A DNA stretch of 64,000 nt, taken from IMG/VR virus record IMGVR_UViG_3300041583_000345, positions 57,931 through 121,930 of that record. One strand, 5' to 3'. The translations under genes were made by a program, and so were the position numbers. This document shows positions 56,330 to 64,000 of the stretch, one piece after another. Every line of letters begins with the position of its first letter. Position 1 is the stretch's first letter. The stretch comes from a virus. The notes below the pieces were generated by a model. That model was not told the origin of the DNA, did not search any database, and worked only from the letters and a program-made list of their open reading frames with translations.

Positions 56330-58666
56330 TTAGAATTGGTTAGCAAAAGCCATATAGATATAGGTTTGTCCGTTTCCATTAAATTCTACATAACTAGTCT
56401 TTAATTCAAAGCCATTAGACAGAAAATCTATACCGTCATAAGCACCACCCTCTGCATTACTAAGGTTAGCATATAGTTGAATATCAGCTCCTCTTTTATT
56501 ATCCATCATTTGCCAGTTTCCGTTAGCTGAACTTGTCAATTTAATCATTACAAAAGCTGGTTCAAAACCAGTTGTAACAGTTGGCCCATTAGCAGAACCA
56601 TTACCAGTATAACTACCAATCTTACTAAACCCAGCCTTTTCAGCAAAGCAGTATGCTACTAAGTTTTCCCCGCCTATAGAACCCATTTGTCCGTCAAAAC
56701 TATAACCACCAGCAGCGCCAGCTGTATTTAATGTTAATATCTGTCCTCCTTTTAAAGTAAATGTATCATTTGAAGTTGAATTTTGCTCAACAGATTGATG
56801 CCAAGTAATCCATTGGTCGGTGCTATCGTTTCTATTTTTAACAATAAGCAAATCCAAAGGGCTTCCTAATCCGTGACCCACAGTAGTGCCAGAAGAATTA
56901 CCTCCGCTAAAAGTTACAATACTAAACCCAGCATCTACATTAGCAGACACCTCAGAAGTAATAGAGCCGTCTGTGTTAGTTACAGCAGCACCACCAGCTT
57001 TCCAACACCAAGCTACAAAGTTTTGAGAGTTTGCATTAGTTCCAACAAAAGTAGCTGCACTTACTGTAAATCCATCTAAATCAAAAGAGGTTATTGTATT
57101 GTAAAAATTTTCAGCAACAGTTAAATTTGAAATTAAGCCGTAACCAGCACCCCTAACTACATCGTGTAATTGATGGTCATAATCAATGCTTCTGCTCTTA
57201 ACCCATACTAAATCTGGCTGAAAGCCTACCCCACTAATAGATTGAGTAGAACCATTACCAGTGTAAGTAACAGTATTAAAACTTGCGTTACTTGGGCATT
57301 GCACCTCATTGTAAAGCGTTGTTACTTCTGCTGCTGTTATGGCTCTGTCGAAGATTTTAACTTGGTCTAATTTTCCGCTAAACTGTCTGCCAGAAGAACC
57401 AGCATATCCGCTTATTTGTGTCTCTAAACTAACAGAATTATTTAAAGCACCATAGCCACTATCTGAAATAGTAACACCTACGTTGTTTAAATATGAATTA
57501 AGAACACCGCTGCTATTTATTGTAAAAACTAAATGACTCCACACATTTGCAGTAAGCGTTATTGTAGGGGAAACCTTAAAAGAAGAACCATTAAAAAGAG
57601 CAAAATAATAAGTGTTTGTACTAGTGCCACTTTGTTGAATTACCCAACCACCTGTAGAGGTGTGTAAGTGGTCTATCATATGATTAGTACCACCTTGAGT
57701 AGCTTGAGGATTTACCCAAATAGATAAAGATATTGCACTAGCACCCAATCCAGCAACCCCAAAAGATACGTTTCCTAAAGTTATTTCACTACTACTTCCA
57801 TTAAACCCTCCAGCACTACCAAACCTTCCTTGTGTCCAACTAACATTCGTAGCCGTTCCATCGTATAAAGTTCCACTACCATTAGAATCTGTAGCATTGC
57901 CATCTAGCTTGTAGTAAGCTATGCAGTCTGGCACTATTTGTGGCGTATCTGTTGTGCAAGTCTTTTCGCAAGCTGCCTCTGCGTATAAGGTAGATACCTC
58001 TGCTGCTGATATTGCCTTATTGAAGATGCGTACTTGGTCTATTGAGCCGTTTAACCACCTATTTCCGGAAATCCAAGTGCCAAGCTGTAACCCGACGCTT
58101 GTATTGTATGCTTTTCCAGCCCCTCTTGTTAAGGTGGATTCTAATACTCCATTTATATATGCTTTTAAAGTTCCACCAGATAATCCGTCCCAAGTTACAA
58201 TAATATTAATCCAATTTCCGGAAATTAAGTTTGTTGAAAATCCAGTCATTACTTCATCTACATTTGGTCCGTTACCAGCAAATCCATAAACGTTTAAAGT
58301 GTTGGTGGTTGGGGCTATTGAAAATTGGTTATTATCTGCGGAAGAAGTTGAGCCTAAGCTAACTAAAATATTGTCTGTATTTGTTGTTTTGTACCAGCAA
58401 GATATTGTTCTTGATAAATTCCCACTTATTCCAGAAGAAGCAACAACCTTACTACTACTCCCATTAAAAGAACCAGCACTATCTATATGACCATTAACAA
58501 AAGAAACATTAGTAGCTACGCCATCATAGTTGCCACTCATATCTGAGCCATCCCAGTTCAATTGGTATAAAGCTACACCGCTGCTATCTCCAAAAATATC
58601 CGCTTCGTCAGAAGTACATACACCACCGCCAGCATCATTTGATTTTATTAATCTTGAATTAATCAT
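56330..58666 (-). CDS. Putative receptor-binding protein with two LamG/ConA-like domains and a C-terminal fibre domain
   Basis: Two LamG-type repeats (F.GSSS...IDQVRIFNKA; LDQVKIFDRA); FNTVTYTGNG..GFQPDLVWVKSR. Confidence 0.75.
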   Translation of the reverse strand: MINSRLIKSNDAGGGVCTSDEADIFGDSSGVALYQLNWDGSDMSGNYDGVATNVSFVNGHIDSAGSFNGSSSKVVASSGISGNLSRTISCWYKTTNTDNILVSLGSTSSADNNQFSIAPTTNTLNVYGFAGNGPNVDEVMTGFSTNLISGNWINIIVTWDGLSGGTLKAYINGVLESTLTRGAGKAYNTSVGLQLGTWISGNRWLNGSIDQVRIFNKAISAAEVSTLYAEAACEKTCTTDTPQIVPDCIAYYKLDGNATDSNGSGTLYDGTATNVSWTQGRFGSAGGFNGSSSEITLGNVSFGVAGLGASAISLSIWVNPQATQGGTNHMIDHLHTSTGGWVIQQSGTSTNTYYFALFNGSSFKVSPTITLTANVWSHLVFTINSSGVLNSYLNNVGVTISDSGYGALNNSVSLETQISGYAGSSGRQFSGKLDQVKIFDRAITAAEVTTLYNEVQCPSNASFNTVTYTGNGSTQSISGVGFQPDLVWVKSRSIDYDHQLHDVVRGAGYGLISNLTVAENFYNTITSFDLDGFTVSAATFVGTNANSQNFVAWCWKAGGAAVTNTDGSITSEVSANVDAGFSIVTFSGGNSSGTTVGHGLGSPLDLLIVKNRNDSTDQWITWHQSVEQNSTSNDTFTLKGGQILTLNTAGAAGGYSFDGQMGSIGGENLVAYCFAEKAGFSKIGSYTGNGSANGPTVTTGFEPAFVMIKLTSSANGNWQMMDNKRGADIQLYANLSNAEGGAYDGIDFLSNGFELKTSYVEFNGNGQTYIYMAFANQF

Positions 58667-58670
58667 AGTT

Positions 58671-59216
58671 TTAGTTTATTGGCATTCCATTTTCCCCCAA
58701 TGTTGAAGGGAAGAATATAGTACTGTATTTTAATGCTTCTAAGTAAGTTGTAAGTGCGTTTACCTCTGCTTCTTTTTCATCACACTTAGCTATTGCTTTT
58801 GCTCTTTCTGCCAATACATCTTCATCTATTGCAATGCCTCTTTCTGATAGCCTTATAACTTGCCAGTCCGTACCGCTTAACATACTGCCGCACATACCTT
58901 TTAAGGTTGCTATAATCTGCTTCTTTTTAGCTGCTAAATCATAGGCTGGTGTTTCAACACCATCTTCATCTGTATTAACAGTATCAAAATCAAAGTCTAT
59001 AATTTCCCTTGTAAATACTTTCCCATCAAAGTAAACATTACCCAATGATTGTGTTTCGCTGTCTATTGAGGGTTTTACAACAGGGTAATACCCATGAGAC
59101 TCAACAAAGTCTTTTGACTGCTTATTAAAGCCGTGCATAGTTCCTCCATCTACCTCTATAGATTCAGGCAGGTTCTTTGTAATAACTATTTTTCCGTTTA
59201 TTTCTTTTCCTACCAT
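58671..59216 (-). CDS. Tail-fibre assembly chaperone-like protein
   Basis: Start likely MVGKEING at 59216; LSGTDWQVIR motif; paralog of 60496-60975. Confidence 0.6.
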   Translation of the reverse strand: MVGKEINGKIVITKNLPESIEVDGGTMHGFNKQSKDFVESHGYYPVVKPSIDSETQSLGNVYFDGKVFTREIIDFDFDTVNTDEDGVETPAYDLAAKKKQIIATLKGMCGSMLSGTDWQVIRLSERGIAIDEDVLAERAKAIAKCDEKEAEVNALTTYLEALKYSTIFFPSTLGENGMPIN

Positions 59217-59218
59217 TA

Positions 59219-59563
59219 TTAAGATATTTCTTGTGAGATTGAGTACCAATATTCACCCGTGTTAGTAACCTCTACCTGTATAAAGTTTACATCTGTAGTG
59301 CTATAAGTACCTGCTATTTTTTTTCCAGGTAGAGTAAGTGCATAGGTTGCCGGCGTAACAACAAACGTTTTTACGTCACCTATTTTTGTGTTAGAGTACG
59401 TAAATGTATCTGCCCCCGTTAGTGTCTTTGTGAACACAGCAGACGACGAAAAATCCACGTTCGAAGTAGACACAACCGAGGCAGTCGTAAACTCCACGCC
59501 TAGCTTTGCGTAGACAATAGCATTGTCTTCTATTAATTCACTTATTATTTTTGTTAGTGCCAT
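59219..59563 (-). CDS. 114-aa MALTK adaptor-like protein, copy 1
   Basis: Paralog of 60978-61322 (YxKLGVEFTT, NFIQ, YSISQEI). Confidence 0.7.
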   Translation of the reverse strand: MALTKIISELIEDNAIVYAKLGVEFTTASVVSTSNVDFSSSAVFTKTLTGADTFTYSNTKIGDVKTFVVTPATYALTLPGKKIAGTYSTTDVNFIQVEVTNTGEYWYSISQEIS

Positions 59564-59575
59564 ACTGTTCTTTTT

Positions 59576-59637
59576 GTGCGGTTAAGTTAAAAAAACGCCA
59601 GTAAATAAGTTTTCTGGCAAATATACGATTTTAAGGT
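59576..59637. repeat. 62-bp direct repeat containing an intrinsic terminator, copy 2
   Basis: Near-identical to 56131-56192; overlapped by mini-ORF MTTSDLKIVYLPENLFTGVFLT (59582-59650). Confidence 0.9.
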
Positions 59638-59655
59638 CAGAAGTAGTCATATTTT

Positions 59656-60495
59656 TTATAGTATATCAAAAATTCGAAACTTACTAAGAGTTTCATCTCC
59701 CCAAGCCAGTTGCGTGTTATTATTTACAATAGTAGGTGCTCCTGGACCTCCGTTTGCAGACTTACATACATATGTCTTAGTAGAAGTTAAATCAAAAGGA
59801 ATTGAAAAGTTTATTAGCAAAACATTATTTGTATTTGTGCTTGCTCTTTGTGTTACTATACATTGAGTGCCGTCATTTTGAAATATAATTCCATAACCTA
59901 TTGAGTTTGATAATCCAGTTGCTGCTGTTGTTAAATTTATACTTGAAAGCAAAGTGAAAGTGCTTGTAATGTCATAAGCAATAGATAAACTATACATATA
60001 AATTTGTAGGTTGCTGCCATCTGTATAGTCTCGAATCACAAACTTATTTCCGTCGTCTAAAAAAGAAACCCCAATCGGTCTCTGTGGAGGTGTTGATTTT
60101 GTCCTAAGATTTGACGCACTTGTAATATTGTAAGGTGTAGATAAATCGTATGTTAATATATTAGTACTGCTACCCGTTGATACTAACATTTTATTTCCAT
60201 TATCATAAAACTTAAAATCACTTCCGTAACTGTTTGGTGGGTCAAAATTGGCAGGGCTACTCGAATACATAGAAGCCAAATTAAACGCTGTCGATAACGT
60301 GTACTTATAAATTTGATTATTAGGATATTCACTTTGAGAATAGCAACTTAACCCGTCCTCTGAAAATTGGAATCCACTAGCAATATAAAGACCTTGTTGG
60401 TCTGGGTTTGCCTCTGAATTTAAAGAAAACCCACTGTCTATATTCCATTGACCAGATGAAACAGTACTGGTATTTATTAATCTTTTTCCAAACAT
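59656..60495 (-). CDS. Putative beta-propeller receptor-binding protein
   Basis: Four blade-like repeats: Y.LSTAFNLAS, YDLSTPYNITS, YSLSIAYDITS, FSIPFDLTS. Confidence 0.65.
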   Translation of the reverse strand: MFGKRLINTSTVSSGQWNIDSGFSLNSEANPDQQGLYIASGFQFSEDGLSCYSQSEYPNNQIYKYTLSTAFNLASMYSSSPANFDPPNSYGSDFKFYDNGNKMLVSTGSSTNILTYDLSTPYNITSASNLRTKSTPPQRPIGVSFLDDGNKFVIRDYTDGSNLQIYMYSLSIAYDITSTFTLLSSINLTTAATGLSNSIGYGIIFQNDGTQCIVTQRASTNTNNVLLINFSIPFDLTSTKTYVCKSANGGPGAPTIVNNNTQLAWGDETLSKFRIFDIL

Positions 60496-60975
60496 TTATT
60501 GTAAATTAAAGGTTGGTAAATCATAAGTAAGAACCGCTTTCTTTGTAGTTAAAGCCTTAATTTCTGCACCTATTGTATTGCTTTGTGTTCTTAATTCTGC
60601 TCTGCTATCTATAACTTCTTGTGGGGCAACTTCTCCGCTATCCATTTGCCTAATAACAACCCAATCTGTTTTTTGTAATTCGCCTCCTGTAATAGATTTT
60701 AAATTGTCTATTTTTTGTGTTTTTAGTTCTGCTAAAGTTTGAGTGATAACCCTATCTACAACATCGTATGTATAAACATCTCCAACTAATTTAATAGCAG
60801 ATAACTCCTCTATTCTTGAATCGTAAGTAGGTGTGTTAATATTAAAATACCCGTAAGCTTCTAGTTCTTCGTCAGAAAGCCTATTGAACCCCACAACCGT
60901 CGATCCATTTATTGTTTTGTTTTTAGGAACTGAACTAACTACAGTTAATACCCCATTCTCATTTAATACTTTCAT
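60496..60975 (-). CDS. Tail-fibre assembly chaperone-like protein
   Basis: LQKTDWVVIR motif; paralog of 58671-59216. Confidence 0.6.
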   Translation of the reverse strand: MKVLNENGVLTVVSSVPKNKTINGSTVVGFNRLSDEELEAYGYFNINTPTYDSRIEELSAIKLVGDVYTYDVVDRVITQTLAELKTQKIDNLKSITGGELQKTDWVVIRQMDSGEVAPQEVIDSRAELRTQSNTIGAEIKALTTKKAVLTYDLPTFNLQ

Positions 60976-60977
60976 GT

Positions 60978-61322
60978 CTATATTATTTCTTGTGAAATTG
61001 AATAATGAAATACAGAGGAGCTTTTGGCTACTATTTGAATAAAATTATCTACAGACTCTACAAACCCGCCAGAAATCAATAATCCTCCTGTGATTATAAA
61101 ACTACCAGTTCCATTAAGGTAAAAATCTTTTACCATAGATACGTCTGCGTTAGTAATCGTGTAGGTAACTACGCCAGAGTTTGTCGCTGTGAATGCCGAA
61201 TTCAAACTAAAATCCAAAACAGTCCCCGCCAATGCTGCTTGCGTCGTAAACTCCACGCCTAGCTTTGTGTAAGATACAGAATCGTTTCCTAATACGCTTG
61301 ATGTTATTTTAGTTAGTGCCAT
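60978..61322 (-). CDS. 114-aa MALTK adaptor-like protein, copy 2
   Basis: Paralog of 59219-59563; 61243-61267 is identical to 59484-59508 (25 bp). Confidence 0.7.
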   Translation of the reverse strand: MALTKITSSVLGNDSVSYTKLGVEFTTQAALAGTVLDFSLNSAFTATNSGVVTYTITNADVSMVKDFYLNGTGSFIITGGLLISGGFVESVDNFIQIVAKSSSVFHYSISQEII

Positions 61323-61331
61323 TTTATGTGG

Positions 61332-61682
61332 TTAAATTAATGTACTATTAAACCTAAGTTGTTGATGGTCTTCATTTAATCTGTAATTTAATATGCCGCT
61401 ATATGAATTTTCATCTTTTTCACAATAATCGCAAGAAATCAACTGATATACATCTGTTTCTTTTAGTTGTGGCTTAATGCCTATATAAAAAAGTGTTAGA
61501 GCATCCGACTTTTCCAATGTTGTTGGCTGCTCTCTTTCTTCTTTAAACCTTTTTAACAAAGATTCTTTTTCCACAGCATCCTCTTCTTTTTGAGAACGCA
61601 TTAATTGTTTTTCTGCTTCTGTTAGTTGAATTGCAATTTGCTCTATCCAAACTCCTTCTATTGTTGATTGAAAATTTTTCAT
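61332..61682 (-). CDS. Hypothetical protein
   Basis: 116-aa ORF packed in the fibre region. Confidence 0.6.
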   Translation of the reverse strand: MKNFQSTIEGVWIEQIAIQLTEAEKQLMRSQKEEDAVEKESLLKRFKEEREQPTTLEKSDALTLFYIGIKPQLKETDVYQLISCDYCEKDENSYSGILNYRLNEDHQQLRFNSTLI

Positions 61683-61687
61683 ATTTT

Positions 61688-62983
61688 TTATTGATTATTT
61701 TGATTATTATTTCCGTCTATGCAAAGAACAACGCGTCCTGCACCTGATTTGGTTCTAAATGTTCCTAACGTCAAACGACAGTAGTAAAGCTTACCTGATA
61801 ATACGCCCGGCAATATTCCATTAAAATTTGCACCGCCAAAAGACTTTTCTCCACCTATACAATTATTAAATGTACCTGATGCCGTACCACCACCACCACC
61901 AAAATTATAACTACCTAGTGCTATACAATTAGTAAATCTACCTGATGCTGTACTACTACTACTACTGCCGCCCCCAAATGCATTATCTCTTCCTTGACAA
62001 TTAGTAAATGTACCTGATGCTGTACCACCACCACCACCAAATGAATTTGCATTTGCCGCTGCCGTACAATTAGTAAACACACCTGATGCTGTACCATTGC
62101 CGCCAAAAGAAGCATAATCACCTTGACAATTAGTAAATGTTCCTGATGCTATGCCAGAGCCACCAAAAGACCCATAAATACCTTGACAATTAGTAAACAC
62201 ACCTGATGCTGTACCATTGCCGCCAAAGGCATCAACCCCTCCTTGACAATTAGTAAACACACCTGATGCTGTACCATTGCCGCCAAAAGAACCTGTCCCT
62301 CCTTCGCAATTAGTAAATGTGCCTGATGCATTGACCTGATAACCAAAAGAATAATCCCCACCTTGACAATTTTCTAATTTTAAAGTATTTAGATTATTTC
62401 CTGTTATAAAACGTTTATCTAAAACGTCAACACCTTTTACAAAAATATTATTTGCAGTAATGTTGATTGTATTTGCTCCATTAAAAACAATACTTCTATT
62501 TCCGTCTAATGAAACTAAATCAACATATTCGGTATCCATGATAAAATTTCCATTTTCAAAATTGTAATTTCCAGGTGCTGCGATTACGATTGATTTTGTA
62601 GTTACAGAAACGTAGACACGAACATCGCCTCCATTATATGTAAATGCTGTCGGAAATTCAACTCTATATGGGAAATTAGCCATAACAACTTCTCCTATCA
62701 TATCAACACCTTCAACATTAAAAGTATAAGTCTGTCCTACAATTAAAACTGGTAACGTTCCACCAAAATCAATAAAATCTAGTGTAGTTGGAGTTTGTTG
62801 AGATGGTACATCATAAGGTGCAGAAAGAACATCAAAAGTTTGAATTTTTGTAATTGCTAAATCATAAGCTGCTTGTAATTCTATTGCATTCTCAACGTCT
62901 GTACCATTTGCTTGTACAAATACATACTGAGTGCCTTCTAATCCGCCCCCAGCACTAGGGAAAAAATCTGTTAAATTACTCAT
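61688..62983 (-). CDS. Beta-helix repeat protein, putative fibre or spike
   Basis: Eight ASGxF(T/N)NC..(S/A/N)FGG repeats. Confidence 0.65.
   Translation of the reverse strand: MSNLTDFFPSAGGGLEGTQYVFVQANGTDVENAIELQAAYDLAITKIQTFDVLSAPYDVPSQQTPTTLDFIDFGGTLPVLIVGQTYTFNVEGVDMIGEVVMANFPYRVEFPTAFTYNGGDVRVYVSVTTKSIVIAAPGNYNFENGNFIMDTEYVDLVSLDGNRSIVFNGANTINITANNIFVKGVDVLDKRFITGNNLNTLKLENCQGGDYSFGYQVNASGTFTNCEGGTGSFGGNGTASGVFTNCQGGVDAFGGNGTASGVFTNCQGIYGSFGGSGIASGTFTNCQGDYASFGGNGTASGVFTNCTAAANANSFGGGGGTASGTFTNCQGRDNAFGGGSSSSSTASGRFTNCIALGSYNFGGGGGTASGTFNNCIGGEKSFGGANFNGILPGVLSGKLYYCRLTLGTFRTKSGAGRVVLCIDGNNNQNNQ
61835..62375. repeat. Coding tandem repeat with a 60-bp core period
   Basis: (A/G)CAATTAGTAAA at 62066, 62126, 62186, 62246, 62306, plus longer units near 61997, 61925 and 61859. 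Confidence 0.85.
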
Positions 62984-62996
62984 ATTGTTTTGTTTT

Positions 62997-64000
62997 TTAT
63001 AATCCTATTATTACCCATCCTTTTGTTGCCCCTGAATATACAAATTCAAATGATGCCGTGGCGTTGTCCAGTGTTAAATCCTGTGTTAGCCCCATTATGT
63101 TATTCCCATTCCTACCAACTATACAAGTAGCAACACCCGATAAGTTTGACATTTTAACAGACGCTCCGTTTGTTGGACTAGACGGTAATGTCAATGTTAA
63201 GTCCGCTGTAAGCACATACAACGAACCTGCTATAGCGGCTGTACTTGTGGATATAACAAAAGGGTTGTTTAAAACAACAGCCCCTGTTTGCCCATTTACC
63301 GAGCTTACCGCAGTAACTAAAGAGGCTGTTGAAATAATCATAGTTTCAATTGCATCTCCAGCATCTGGCGCTTCAGAGAATGATAATGTTGTGCCTACTA
63401 AAGTATATGTATCTTTATTTTGGTAAGCCCCGTTCACATACACATCCATAAAGTCAATGCTTGGAGGTGCAGTAGATAACGTGAAATCCGTTTGGGCTGT
63501 AACACCCGTAAAATCATCCCTAGTTATTGTATTTGCGCTAGGAGATATATTATTAGAAACTAATGAAATAACTTCAATAGAACCGCCGTTTGGAGGTGCT
63601 GTTGTGAAGTTTAGTGTGCTACCTGTTATAGAATATGTTTCTTTTTCTTGATACACACCAGCAATATAAACACTAGTAAATAATGTAGATATAGGGGAGA
63701 CAGATAAAGTAAATGCTGTAGTTGCATTATCACCAGTAAAATCATCTTTTACTATTGTAGCTCCGCCGTCTACCGAGCCTCCAATAGCCCCCCATGCAGT
63801 GCCGTCGTAGCCTTCAAAAGTAAGTGAAGTTGTGTTGAACCTAAACATTCCAGCCACTGGCGTAGGTCTATTCCCATCCGTTCCCGTAGGCATCTCCAAA
63901 GCACCAGTTGAGTCTATATGAAGATCCGCCACCGTAACAGTTCCTGTAAATGTTGGCGAGGCTAAGTTAGACTTTAAATCCAACGCCGCTTGAGCAGCCG
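62997..64000 (-). CDS. Tail fibre protein, C-terminal part (start lies beyond the window)
   Basis: Frame open to the edge (AAQAALDLK); MPTGTDGNRP; two DDFTG..FTLS..P..VY..G.YQ.K.TY repeats. Confidence 0.8.
   Translation of the reverse strand, partial: AAQAALDLKSNLASPTFTGTVTVADLHIDSTGALEMPTGTDGNRPTPVAGMFRFNTTSLTFEGYDGTAWGAIGGSVDGGATIVKDDFTGDNATTAFTLSVSPISTLFTSVYIAGVYQEKETYSITGSTLNFTTAPPNGGSIEVISLVSNNISPSANTITRDDFTGVTAQTDFTLSTAPPSIDFMDVYVNGAYQNKDTYTLVGTTLSFSEAPDAGDAIETMIISTASLVTAVSSVNGQTGAVVLNNPFVISTSTAAIAGSLYVLTADLTLTLPSSPTNGASVKMSNLSGVATCIVGRNGNNIMGLTQDLTLDNATASFEFVYSGATKGWVIIGL

Noticed and set aside
59217-59249. Track start of ORF 58671-59249
   Set aside because: It overlaps the upstream gene; ATG at 59216 sits right after that gene's stop and matches the paralog start
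61835-62375. Regularly spaced repeats as a CRISPR array
   Set aside because: They are in-frame coding repeats with related inter-repeat sequence and no cas operon
548-63651. Plus-strand ORFs in the track (e.g. 14592-15269, 48491-49060, 1869-2330)
   Set aside because: They lie antisense to well-supported minus-strand genes, show no recognisable motifs and have shadow-frame composition
55090-64000. Diversity-generating retroelement acting on fibre genes
   Set aside because: No reverse transcriptase or TR/VR pair with adenine-specific mismatches in this window
1-64000. tRNA or rRNA genes
   Set aside because: Intergenic gaps are short and I saw no cloverleaf or rRNA-like sequence by eye; a tRNAscan run would be needed to be sure

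Overview
This window is 64 kb of a large T4-like myophage genome. Bacteroidota-type promoters and the lack of evident Shine-Dalgarno sites suggest a Bacteroidota host. All credible genes are on the minus strand; the plus-strand ORFs in the track look like antisense shadows. Left to right, it holds nrdA (partial), a free-standing HNH gene, nrdB, a replication block (helicase, 5'-3' exonuclease, UvsX/RecA, SSB, divergent family A polymerase), baseplate, tape measure, tube, sheath and neck genes, phoH, and capsid, scaffold, protease and portal genes. Next come a fractured terminase, a long block of probable capsid-internal proteins, primase, and a modular tail-fibre/receptor-binding region. Main points: (1) many proteins share an N-terminal MKx(S/T)DI(I/L)xE-type leader resembling the T4 capsid-targeting sequence, including a minimal 142-aa kinase, a HAD phosphatase and a nuclease-like protein, next to two Pol-beta-type nucleotidyltransferases (one fused to an HxGH transferase and two HExxH domains), which together suggest an injected enzyme payload; (2) TerL is split by an atypical split intein (37-aa IntN, 108-aa IntC) with a Vsr-like endonuclease gene between the halves; (3) a +1/-2 frameshift is likely at a U7 run upstream of the tape measure gene; (4) three-gene receptor-binding cassettes are bounded by MALTK starts and MTTSD/terminator repeats; (5) a duplicated 35-nt structured element flanks a two-gene insert in the head operon; (6) a TATTTAT(A/T) late-promoter-like box recurs about 21 times. 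All calls come from motif reading only; no database searches were run.
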